The notes under the pieces were generated by a model. It was not told the DNA's origin. It ran no database searches and saw only the letters and a list, made by a program, of their open reading frames with translations. The translations under genes and the position numbers were made by a program. A stretch of 64,000 bases of DNA. Origin: Eledone cirrhosa (lineage: Eukaryota). Positions 43,301 through 56,300 of the stretch are shown one piece after another; the first letter of the stretch is position 1; each line of letters opens with the position of its first letter. The stretch is from contig OZ024751.1 of assembly GCA_964016885.1 (NCBI GenBank), forward strand, positions 2,232,001 to 2,296,000. Reading direction: 5' to 3'.

Positions 43301-46300
43301 CCTTCTCTGTAGAACTGTCATATTGAACCTTCTCTGTTTAACTGTCATATTGAAATTTCTCTGTTGAACTGTCATGCTGAACCTTCCCTGTTGAACTGTC
43401 ATGTTGAACTTTCTTTGTTGAACTGTCATACTGAACCTTCTCTGTTGAACTGTCATATTGAACCTTCCCTGTTGAACTGTCATTATGAACCTTCTCTGTT
43501 TAACTGTCATATTGAACTTTCTCTGCTGAACTGTCATGCTGAGCCTTCCTTGTTGAGCTGTCATGTTGAACCTTCTCTGTTGATCTGTCAGATTGAATCT
43601 TCTCTGTTGAACTGTCAAGTTGGACTTTCTCTGTTGAACTGTCATATTGAACCTTCTCTGTAGAACTGTCATATAGACCCTTCTCTGTTTAAATGTCATA
43701 TTGAACCTGCCCTGATGAACTGTCCTGTTGGACCTTCCCTGTTTAACTGTCTTATTGAACCTTCCCTGTTTAACTGTCATATTGAACATTCCCTGTTGAA
43801 CTGTCATGCTGAACCTTCTCTGTTGAACTGTCATATTGAACTTTCTCTGTTGAACTGTCATGCTGAACCTTCCCTGTTGAACTGTCATGCTGAACCTTCC
43901 TTGTTGAGCCGTCATGTTGAACCTTCTCTGTTGAACTGTCATGTTGAACTGTCATGTTGAACTGTCATATTGAACCTTATCTGTTGAACTGTCATGGTGG
44001 ACCTTCTCTGTTGAACTGTCATATTGAACCTTCTCTGTAGAACTGTCACAGTGAACCTTCTCTGTTTAACTGTCATATTGAACTTTCTCTGTTGAACTCT
44101 CATGCTGAACTTTCTCTGCTGAATTGTCATGCTGAACCTTCACTGTTGAACTGTCATGTTGAACGTTCCCTGTTGAACTGTCATGTTGAACCTTCTCTGT
44201 TTAACTGTCATATTGAACTTTCTCTGTTGAACTGTCATGCTGAACCTTCCTTGTTGAACTGTCATGTTGAACCTTCTGTGTTGAACTGTCATATTGAACC
44301 TTCTCTGTTTAACTGTCGTATTGAACCTTCCCTGTTGAACTGTCATATTGAACTTTCTCTGTTGAACTGTCATGCTGAACCTTCCCTGGTGAACTGTCAT
44401 GCTGAACCTGCCCTGTTAAACTGTCATGTTGAACCCTCTCTGTTAAACTGTCATATTTAACCTTCTCTGTTGAACTGTCATGTTGAACCTTCTCTGTTTA
44501 ACCATCATATTGAACTTTCTCTGTTGAACTGTCAAGCTGAACCTTCCTTGTTGAACTGTCATGTTGAACCTTCTCTGTTGAACTGTCATGTTGAACTGTC
44601 ATGTTGAACCTTCTCTGTTGAACTGTCATATTGAACCTTCTCTGTTGAACTGTCATGTTGGACATTCTCTGTTGAACTGTCATATTGAACCTTCTCTGTA
44701 GAACTGTCATATTGAACCTTCTCTGTTTAACTGTCATATTGAACTTTCTCTGTTGAACTGTCATGCTGAACCTTCCCTGTTGAACTGTCATGTTGAACTT
44801 TCTTTGTTGAACTGTCATACTGAACCTTCTCTGTTGAACTGTCATATTGAACCTTCCCTGTTGAACTGTCATGTTGAACCTTCTCTGTTTAACTGTCATA
44901 TTGAACTTTCTCTGTTGAACTGTCATGCTGAGCCTTCCTTGTTGAGCTGTCATGTTGAACCTTCTCTGTTGATCTGTCAGATTGAACCTTCTCTGTTGAA
45001 CTGTCAAGTTGGACTTTCTCTGTTGAACTGTCATATTGAACCTTCTCTGTAGAACTGTCATATTGAACCTTCTCTGTTTAACTGTCATATTGAACTTTCT
45101 CTGTTGAACTGTCATGCTGAACCTTCCCTGTTGAACTGTCATGTTGAACTTTCTTTGTTGAACTGTCATGCTGAACCTTCTCTGTTGAACTGTCATATTG
45201 AACTTTCTCTGTTGAACTGTCATGCTGAACCTTCCCTGTTGAACTGTCATGCTGAACCTTCCTTGTTGAGCCGTCATATTGAGCCTTCTCTGTTGAACTG
45301 TCATGTTGAACTGTCATATTGAACCTTATCTGTTGAACTGTCATGTTGGACCTTCTCTGTTGAACTGTCATATTGAACCTTCTCTGTAGAACTGTCACAG
45401 TGAACCTTCTCTGTTTAACTGTCATATTGAACTTTCTCTGTTGAACTGTCATGCTGAACCTTCCCTGTTGAACTGTCATATTGAACTTTCTCTGTTGAAC
45501 TGTCATGCTGAACCTTCTCTGTTGAACTGTCATATTGAACCTTCCCTGTTCAACTGTCATGTTGAACCTTCTCTGTTTAACTGTCATATTGAACTTTTTC
45601 TGTTGAACTGTCATGTTGAACCTTCTCTGTTGAACTGTCATGTTGAACCTTCTCTGTTGAAATGTCATGTTGAACCTTCTCTGTTGAACTGTCATATTGA
45701 ACCATCTCTGTTGAACTGTCATGTTGAACCTTCTCTGTTGAACTGTCATATTGAACCTTCCCTGTTGTATTGTCATGTTGAACCTTCTCTGTTGAACTGT
45801 CATATTGAACCTTCCATGTTCAACTGTCATATTGAACCATCTCTGTAAAACTGTCATATTGAACCTTCTCTGTATAACTGTCATATTGAACCTTCTCTGT
45901 TTAACTGTCATATTGAACTTTCTCTGTTGAACTGTCATGCTGAAACTTCCCTGTTGAACTGTCATGTTGGACCTTCTCTGTTGAACTGTCATATTGAACT
46001 TTCTCTGTTGAACTGTCATGCTGAACCTTCCTTGTTGAACTGTCATGTTGAACCTTCTCTGTTGAACTGTCATGTTGAACTGTCATGTTGAACCTTCTCT
46101 GTTGAACTGTCATATTGAACCTTCTCTGTTGAACTGTCATGTTGGACATTCTCTGTTGAACTGTCATATTGAACCTTCTCTGTAGAACTGTTATATTGAA
46201 CCTTCTCTGTTTAACTGTCATATTGAACTTTCTCTGTTGAACTGTCATGCTGAACCTTCCCTGTTGAACTGTCATTTTGAACTTTCTTTGTTGAACTGTC

Positions 46301-47390
46301 ATACTGAACCTTCTCTGTTGAACTGTCATATAGAACCTTCCCTGTTGAACTGCCATGTTGAAACTTCTCTGTTTAACTGTCATATTGAACTTTCTCTGTT
46401 GAACTGTCATGCTGAGCCTTCCTTGTTGAGCTGTCATGTTGAACCTTCTCTGTTGATCTGTCAGATTGAACCTTCTCTGTTGAACTGTCAAGTTGGACTT
46501 TCTCTGTTGAACTGTCATATTGAACCTTCTCTGTAGAACTGTCATATTGAACCTTCTCTGTTTAACTGTCATATTGAACTTTCTCTGTTGAACTGTCATG
46601 CTGAACCTTCCCTGTTGAACTGTCATGTTGAACTTTCTTTGTTGAACTGTCATGCTGAACCTTCCCTGTTGAACTGTCATGCTGAACCTTCCTTGTTGAG
46701 CCGTCATATTGAACCTTCTCTGTTGAACTGTCATGTTGAACTGTCATATTGAACCTTATCTGTTGAACTGTCATGTTGGACCTTCTCTGTTGAACTGTCA
46801 TATTGAACCTTCTCTGTAGAACTGTCACAGTGAACCTTCTCTGTTTAACTGTCATATTGAACTTTCTCTGTTGAACTGTCATGCTGAACCTTCCCTGTTG
46901 AACTGTCATATTGAACTTTCTCTGTTGAACTGTCATGCTGAACCTTCTCTGTTGAACTGTCATATTGAACCTTCCCTGTTCAACTGTCATGTTGAACCTT
47001 CTCTGTTTAACTGTCATATTGAACTTTTTCTGTTGAACTGTCATGTTGAACCTTCTCTGTTGAACTGTCATGTTGAACCTTCTCTGTTGAAATGTCATGT
47101 TGAACCTTCTCTGTTGAACTGTCATATTGAACCATCTCTGTTGAACTGTCATGTTGAACCTTCTCTGTTGAACTGTCATATTGAACCTTCCCTGTTGTAT
47201 TGTCATGTTGAACCTTCTCTGTTGAACTGTCATATTGAACCTTCCATGTTCAACTGTCATATTGAACCATCTCTGTAAAACTGTCATATTGAACCTTCTC
47301 TGTATAACTGTCATATTGAACCTTCTCTGTTTAACTGTCATATTGAACTTTCTCTGTTGAACTGTCATGCTGAACCTTCCCTGTTGAACT
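33000..47390 (+). repeat. Higher-order repeat domain, ~3.7-kb unit, about 4 copies with deletion variants
   Basis: A 135-aa ORF ending in the rare TAA variant (CTCTGTAAAAC) starts at 34935, 38642, 41691, 45441 and 46871 (spacings 3,707, 3,049, 3,750, 1,430). Marker GATCTGTCAGATTG recurs with spacings 1484/874/1349/1484/877/688/1484/877/1389/1484. Confidence 0.9.
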
Positions 47391-49035
47391 GTCATATTGA
47401 ACCTTCCCTGTTGAACTGTCATATTGAACTTTCTCTGTTCAACTGTCATGATGAACCTTCCCTGTTTAACTGTAATGCTGAACCTTCTCTGTTGAACTGT
47501 CATATTGAACTTTCTCTGTTGAACTGTCATGCTGAACCTTCCCTGTTGAACTGTCGTGCTTAACCTTCCCTGTTTAACTGTGATATTGAACTTTCTCTGT
47601 TGAACTGTCATGCTGAACCTTCCCTGTTGAACTGTCATGTTGAACTTTCTCTGTTGAACTGTCATACTGAAGCTTCTCTGTTGAATTGTCATATTGAACC
47701 TTCCCTGTTGACCTGTCTTGTTGGACCTTCCCTGTTTAACTGTCATATTAAACATTCCCTTTTGAACTGTCATATTGAACTTTCTCTGTTGAACTGTCAT
47801 GCTGAACCTTCCCTGTTGAACTGTCATGCTGAACCTTCCCGGTTTAACTGTCATATTGAACTTTCTCTGTTGAACTGTCATATTGAACCTTCCCTGTTGA
47901 ATTGTCATGTTGAACCTTCCCTGTTGAACTGTCATATTGAACCTTCTCTGTTGAACTGTCATGTTGGACCTTCTCTGTTTAACTGTCATATTGAACCTTC
48001 TCTGTTGAACTGTCATATTGAACCTTCTCTGTTTAACTGTCTTATTGAACTTTTTCTGTTGAACTGTCATGCTGAACCTTCCCTGTTGAACAGTCATGCT
48101 GAACCTTCCCTCTTTAACTGTCATGCTGAACCTTCCCGGTTTAACTGTCATATTGAACTTTCTCTGTTGAACTGTCATGTTGAACCTTCTCTGTTGAACT
48201 GTCATATTGAACCTTCCCTGTTGAATTGTCATGTTGAACCTTCTCTGTTGAACTGTCATATTGAACCGTCCCTGTTCAACTGTCATATTGAACCTTCTCT
48301 GTATAACTGTCATATTGAACCTTTTCTGTTTAACTGTCATATTGAACTTTCTCTGTTGAACTGTCATGCTGACCCTTCCATGTTGAACTGTCATATTGAA
48401 CCTTCTCTGTTGAACTGTCATATTGAACCTTCTCTGTATAACTGTCATATTGAACCTTCTCTGTTTAACTGTCATATTGAACCTTCCCTGTTGAACTGTC
48501 ATGTTGGACCGTCCCTGTTTAACTGTCATATTGAACCTTCCCTGTTTAACTGTCATATTGAAACTTCCCTGTTGAACTGTCATGCTGAACCTTCCCTGTT
48601 TAACTGTCATGCTGAACCTTCTCCGTTGAACTGTCATATTGAACCTTCTCTGTTGAACTGTCATGATGAACCTTCCCTGTTTAACTGTAATGCTGAACCT
48701 TCTCTGTTGAACTGTCATATTGAACTTTCTCTGTTGAACTGTCATGCTGAACCTTCCCTGTTGAACCGTCGTGCTTAACCTTCCCTGTTTAACTGTGATA
48801 TTGAACTTTCTGTGTTGAACTGTCATGCTGAACCTTCCCTGTTGAACTGTCATGCTGAACCTACCCGGTTTAACTGTCATATTGAACTTTCTCTGTTGAA
48901 CTGTCATATTGAACCTTCCCTGTTGAATTGTCATGTTGAACCTTCCCTGTTGAACTGTCATGCTGAACCTTCACTGTTGAACTGTCATGTTGAACCTTCC
49001 CTGTTGAACTGTCATGTTGAACCTTCTCTGTTGAA

Positions 49036-52000
49036 CTGTCATATTGAACCATCTCTGTTTAACTGTAATATTGAACCTTCTCTGTTGAACTGTCATATTG
49101 AACCTTCTCTGTATAACTGTCATATTGAACCTTCTCTGTTTAACTGTCACATTGAACCTTCCATGTTGAACTGTCATGTTGGAACTTCCCTGTTTAACTG
49201 TCATATTGAACCTTCCCTGTTTAACTGTCATATTGAACCTTCCCTGTTGAACTGTCATGCTGAACCTTCCCTGTTTAACTGTCATGCTGAACCTTCTACG
49301 TTGAACTGTCATATTGAACTATCTCTGTTGAACTCTCATGCTGAACCTTCCCTGTTGAACTGTCATGCTGAACCTTCCTTGTTGAGCCGTCATTTTGAAC
49401 CTTCTCTGTTGATCTGTCATGTTGAACTGTCATGTTGAACCTTCTCCATTGACTGTCATATTGAACCTTATTTGTTGAACTGTCATGTTGGACCTTCACT
49501 GTTGAACTGACATATTGAACCTTCTCTGTAGAACTGTCATAGTGAACCTTCTCTGTTTAACTGTCATATTGAACTTTCTCTGTTGAACTATCATGCTGAA
49601 CCTTCCCTGTTGAACTGTCATGTTGAACTTTCTCTGTTGAACTGTCATACTGAAACTTCTCTTTTTAACTGTCATATTGAACTTTCTCTGTTGAACTGTC
49701 ATGCTGAACCTTCCTTGTTGAGCTGTCATGTTGAACCTTCTCTGTTGAACTGGCATGTTGAACTGTCATGTTGAACCTTCTCTGTTGAACTATCATATTG
49801 AACCTTCTCTGTTCAACTGTCATGTTGGACCTTCTCTGTTGAACTGTCATATTGAACCTTCTCTGTAGAACTGTCATATTGAACCTTCTCTGTTTAACTG
49901 TCATATTGAACCTTCCCTGTTGAACTGTGCTGCTGAACCTTCCCTGTTTAACTGTCATGCTGAACCTTCTGTGTTGAACTGTCATATTGAACTTTCTGTG
50001 TTGAACTCTCATGCTGAACCTTCCCTGTTTAACTGTCATATTGAACCTTCCCTGTTTAACTGTCCTGTTGAACCTTCCCTGTTGAACTGTCATATTGCAC
50101 ATTCTCTGTTGAACTGTCATGCTGAACCTTCTCTGTTGAACTGTCATATTGAACTTTTTGTGTTGAACTGTCATGCTGAAGCTTCCCTGTTGAACTGTCA
50201 TGCTGAACCTTCCTTGTTGAGCCGTCATGTTGAACCTTCTCTGTTGAACTGTCGTGTAGAACTGGTATGTTAAACCTTCTCTGTTGACTGTCATATTGAA
50301 CCTTCTCTGTTGAACTGTCATATTGAACCTTCTCTGTTGAACTGTCATGTTGGACATTCTCTGTTGAAATGTCATATTGAACCATCTCTGTAGAACTGTC
50401 ATATTGAACCTTTTCTGTTTAACTGTCATATTGAACTTTCTCTGTTGAACTGTCATGCTGAACCTTCCCTGTTGAACTGTCATGTTGAACTTTCTCTGTT
50501 GAACTGTCATACTGAACCTTCTCTGTTGAACTGTCATATTGAACCTTCCCTGTTGAACTGTCATGTTGAACCTTCTCTGTTTAACTGTCATATTGAACTT
50601 TCTCTGCTGAACTGTCATGCTGAACCTTCCTTGTTGAGCTGTCATATTGAACCATCTCTGTTTAACTGTAATATTGAACCTTCTCTGTTGAACTGTCATA
50701 TTGAACCTTCTCTGTATAACTGTCATATTGAACCTTCTCTGTTTAACTGTCACATTGAACCTTCCATGTTGAACTGTCATGTTGGAACTTCCCTGTTTAA
50801 CTGTCATATTGAACCTTCCCTGTTTAACTGTCATATTGAACCTTCCCTGTTGAACTGTCATGCTGAACCTTCCCTGTTTAACTGTCATGCTGAACCTTCT
50901 ACGTTGAACTGTCATATTGAACTATCTCTGTTGAACTCTCATGCTGAACCTTCCCTGTTGAACTGTCATGCTGAACCTTCCTTGTTGAGCCGTCATTTTG
51001 AACCTTCTCTGTTGATCTGTCATGTTGAACTGTCATGTTGAACCTTCTCCATTGACTGTCATATTGAACCTTATTTGTTGAACTGTCATGTTGGACCTTC
51101 ACTGTTGAACTGACATATTGAACCTTCTCTGTAGAACTGTCATAGTGAACCTTCTCTGTTTAACTGTCATATTGAACTTTCTCTGTTGAACTATCATGCT
51201 GAACCTTCCCTGTTGAACTGTCATGTTGAACTTTCTCTGTTGAACTGTCATACTGAAACTTCTCTTTTTAACTGTCATATTGAACTTTCTCTGTTGAACT
51301 GTCATGCTGAACCTTCCTTGTTGAGCTGTCATGTTGAACCTTCTCTGTTGAACTGGCATGTTGAACTGTCATGTTGAACCTTCTCTGTTGAACTATCATA
51401 TTGAACCTTCTCTGTTCAACTGTCATGTTGGACCTTCTCTGTTGAACTGTCATATTGAACCTTCTCTGTAGAACTGTCATATTGAACCTTCTCTGTTTAA
51501 CTGTCATATTGAACCTTCCCTGTTGAACTGTGCTGCTGAACCTTCCCTGTTTAACTGTCATGCTGAACCTTCTGTGTTGAACTGTCATATTGAACTTTCT
51601 GTGTTGAACTCTCATGCTGAACCTTCCCTGTTTAACTGTCATATTGAACCTTCCCTGTTTAACTGTCCTGTTGAACCTTCCCTGTTGAACTGTCATATTG
51701 CACATTCTCTGTTGAACTGTCATGCTGAACCTTCTCTGTTGAACTGTCATATTGAACTTTTTGTGTTGAACTGTCATGCTGAAGCTTCCCTGTTGAACTG
51801 TCATGCTGAACCTTCCTTGTTGAGCCGTCATGTTGAACCTTCTCTGTTGAACTGTCGTGTAGAACTGGTATGTTAAACCTTCTCTGTTGACTGTCATATT
51901 GAACCTTCTCTGTTGAACTGTCATATTGAACCTTCTCTGTTGAACTGTCATGTTGGACATTCTCTGTTGAAATGTCATATTGAACCATCTCTGTAGAACT

Positions 52001-52248
52001 GTCATATTGAACCTTTTCTGTTTAACTGTCATATTGAACTTTCTCTGTTGAACTGTCATGCTGAACCTTCCCTGTTGAACTGTCATGTTGAACTTTCTCT
52101 GTTGAACTGTCATACTGAACCTTCTCTGTTGAACTGTCATATTGAACCTTCCCTGTTGAACTGTCATGTTGAACCTTCTCTGTTTAACTGTCATATTGAA
52201 CTTTCTCTGCTGAACTGTCATGCTGAACCTTCCTTGTTGAGCTGTCAT
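49036..52248 (+). repeat. Tandem duplication of a 1,603-bp block, 2 copies
   Basis: ORF pairs 49296/50899, 49496/51099, 49583/51186, 49920/51523 and 50056/51659 have identical translations. Rare marker GTCGTGTAGAACTGGTATGTTAAACC at 50251 and 51854. Confidence 0.93.
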
Positions 52249-53329
52249 GTTGAACCTTCTCTGTTGAACTGTCATGTTGAACTGTCATGTTGAAACTTCT
52301 CTGTTGAACTGTCATGTTGAACCTTCTCTGTTGAACTATCATGTTGGACCTTCTCTGTTGAACTGTCATATTGAACCTTCTCTGTAGAACTGTCATATTG
52401 AACCTTCTCTATTTAACTGTCATATTGAACCTTCCCTGTTGAACTGTCATGTTGGACCTTCCCTGTTGAACTGTCATGTTGGACCTTCCCTGTTTAACTG
52501 TCATATTGAACCATCCCTGTTGAACTGTCATATTGAACATTCCCTGTTGAACTGTCATGCTGAACCTTCCCTGTTGAACTGTCATGCTGAACCTTCTCTG
52601 TTGAACTGTCATATTGAACTTTCTCTGTTGAACAGTCATGCTGAACTTTCCCTGTTGAACTGTCATGCTGAATCTTCCTTGTTGAGCTGTCATGTTGAAC
52701 CTTCTCTGTTGAACTGTCATCTTGAACTGTCAAGTTGAACCTTCTCTGTTGACTGTCATATTGAACCTTATCTGTTGAACTCTCATGTTGGACCCTCTCT
52801 GTTGAACTGTCATATTGAACCTTCTCTGTAGAACTGTCATAGTGAACCTTCTCTGTTTAACTGTAATGCTGAACCTTCTCTGTTGAACTGTCATATTGAA
52901 CTTTCTCTGTTGAACTGTCATGCTGAACCTTCCCTGTTGAACTGTCATATTGAACTTTCTCTGTTGAACTGTCATACTGAAGCTTCTCTGTTGAACTGTC
53001 ATATTGAACTTTCTCTGTTGAACTGTCATGCTGAACCATCCCTGTTGAACTGTCATGTTGAACTTTCTCTGTTGAACTGTCATACTGAAGCTTCTCTGTT
53101 GAACTGTCATATTGAATCTTCCATGTTGAACTGTCATGTTGTACCTTCCCTGTTTAACAGTCATATTGAACCTTCCCTGTTGAACTGTCATATTGAACTT
53201 TCTCTGTTGAACTGTCATGCTGAACCTTCCCTGTTGAACTGTGATATTGAACTTTCTCTGTTGAACTGTCATACTGAAGCTTCTCTGTTGAACTGTCATA
53301 TTGAACCTTCCCTGTTGAACTGTCATGTT

Positions 53330-56300
53330 GGACCTTCCCTGTTTAACTGTCATATTGAACCTTCCCTGTTGAACTGTCATATTGAACTTTCTCTGTTAAA
53401 CTGTCATGATGAACCTTCCCTGTTTAACTGTAATGGTGAACCTTCTCTGTTGAACTGTCATATTGAACTTTCTCCGTTGAACTGTCATGCTGAACCTTCC
53501 CTGCTGAACTGTCATGCTTAACCTTCCCTGTTTAACTGTCATATTGAACTTTCTCTGTTGAACTGTCATGCTGAACCTTCCCTGTTGAACTGTCATGTTG
53601 AACTGTCATACTGAAGCTTCTCTGTTGAATTGTCATATTGAACCTTCTCTGTTGACTTGTCTTGTTGGACCTTCACTGTTTAACTGTCATATTAAACCTT
53701 CCCTGTTGAACTGTCATATTGAACTTTCTCTGTTGAACTGTCATGCTGAACCTTCCCTGTTGAACTGTCATGCTTAACCGTCCCCGTTTAACTGTCTTAT
53801 TGAACTTTCTCTGTTGAACTGTCATGTTGAACCTTCTCTGTTGAACTGTCATATTGAACCTTCCCTGTTGAATTGTCATGTTGAACCTTCCCTGTTAAAC
53901 TGTCATATTGAACCTTCTCTGTTGAAATGTCATGTTGGACCTTCTCTGTTTAATTGTCATATGGAACCTTCTTTGTTGAACTGTCATATTGAACCTTCTC
54001 TGTTTAACAGTCTTATTGAACTTTTTCTGTTGAACTGTCATGCTGAACCTTCCCTGTTGAACTGTCATGCTGAACCGTCCCTCTTTAACTGTCATGCTGA
54101 ACCTTCCCGGTTTAACTGTCATGTTGAACCTTCCCTTTTGAATTGTCATGTTGAACCTTCTCTGTTGAACTGTCATATTGAACCTTCCCTGTTCAACTGT
54201 CATATTGAACCTTCTCTGTATAACTGTCATATTGAACCTTCTCTGTTTAACTGTCATATTGAACTTTCTCTGTTGAACTGTCATGCCGACCCTTCCATGT
54301 TTATCTGTCATGCTGAACCTTCACTGTTGAACTGTCATGTTGAAGCTTCCCTGTTGAACTGCCATGTTGAACCTTCTCTGTTGAACTGTCATATTGAACC
54401 ATCTCTGTTTAACTCTCATATTGAACCTTCTCTGTTGAACTGTCATATTGAACCTTCTCTGTATAACTGTCATATTGAACCTTCTCTGTTTAACTGTCAT
54501 ATTGAACCTTCCCTGTTGAACTGTCATGTTGGACCTTCCCTGTTTAACTGTCATATTGAACCTTCCCTGTTTAACTGTCATATTGAACCTTCCCTGTTGA
54601 ACTGTGATGCTGAACCTTCCCTGTTTAACTGTCATGCTGAACCTTCTGTGTTGAACTGTCATATTGAACTTTCTCTGTTGAACTCTCATGCTGAACCTTC
54701 CCTGTTGAACTGTCATGCTGAACCTTCCTTGTTGAGCCGTCATTTTGAACCTTCTCTGTTGAACTGTCATGTTGAACTGTCATGTTGAACCTTCTCTATT
54801 GACTGTCATATTGAACCTTATTTGTTGAACTGTCATGTTGGACCTTCACTGTTGAACTGTCATGTTGAACTTTCTCTGTTGAACTGTCATACTGAAGCTT
54901 CTCTGTTGAACTGTCATATTGAACCTTCCATGTTGAACTGTCATGTTGGACCTTCCCTGTTTAACTGTCATATTGAACCTTCCCTGTTGAACTGTCATAT
55001 TGAACTTTCTCAGTTGAACTGTCATGCTGAACCTTCCCTGTTTATCTGTAATGCTGAACCTTCTCTGTTGAACAGTCAGATTGAAAATTCTCTGTAGAAC
55101 TGTCATAGTGAACCTTCTCTGTTTAACTGTCATATTGAACTTTCTCTGTTGAACTATCATGCTGAAACTTCCCTGTTGAACTGTCATGTTGAACTTTCTC
55201 TGTTGAACTGTCATACTGAAGCTTCTCTGTTGAACTGTCATATTGAACCTTCCATATTGAACTGTCATGTTGGACCTTCCCTGTTTAACTGTCATATTGA
55301 ACCTTCCCTGTTGAACTGTCATATTGAACTTTCTCTTTTGAACTGTCATGCTGAACCTTCCCTGTTTAACTGTAATGCTGAACCTTCTCTGTTGAACTCT
55401 CATATTGAACTTTCTATGTTGAACTGTCATGCTGAACCTTCCCTGTTGAACTGTCATGCTTAACCGTCCCTGTTTAACTGTCATATTGAACTTTCTCTGT
55501 TGAACTGTCATGCTGAACCTTCACTGTTGAACTGTCATATTGAACCCTCTCTGTTTAACTGTCATATTGAACTTTCTCTGTTGAACTGTCATGCTGACCC
55601 TTCCATGTTGAACTGTCATGCTGAACCTTCACTGTTGAACTGTCATGTTGAACCTTCCCTGTTGAACTGTCATGTTGAACCTTCTCTGTTGAACTGTCAT
55701 ATTGAACCATCTCTGTTTAACTGTCGTATTGAATCCTCCCTGTTGAACTGTCATATTGAACTTTCTCTGTTGAACTGTCATGCTGAGCCTTCCCTGTTGA
55801 AATGTCATATTGAACTTTCTCTGTTGAACTGTCATAATGAAGCTTCTCTGTTGAACTTTCATATTGAACCTTCCCTGTTGAACTGTGATGTTGGACCTTC
55901 CCTGTTTAACTGTCATATTGAACCTTCCCTGTTGAACTGTTATATTGAACTTTATCTGTTGAACTGTCATGCTGAACCTTCCCTTTTTAACTGTAATGCT
56001 GAACCTTCTCTGTTGAACTGTCATATTAAACTTTCTCTGTTGAACTGTCATGCTGAACCTTCCTTGTTGAACTGTCATGTTGAACCTTCTCTGTTGAACT
56101 GTCATGTTGGACCTTCTTTGTTTAACTGTCATATTGAACCTTTTCTGTTTAACTGTCATATTGTACCTTCTCTGTTTAACTGTCATATTGAACTTTTTCT
56201 GTTGAACTGTCATGCTGAACCTTTCCTGTTGAACTGTCATGCTGAACCTTCCCTCTTTAACTGTCATGCTGAACCTTCCCTGTTTAACTGTCATATTGAA

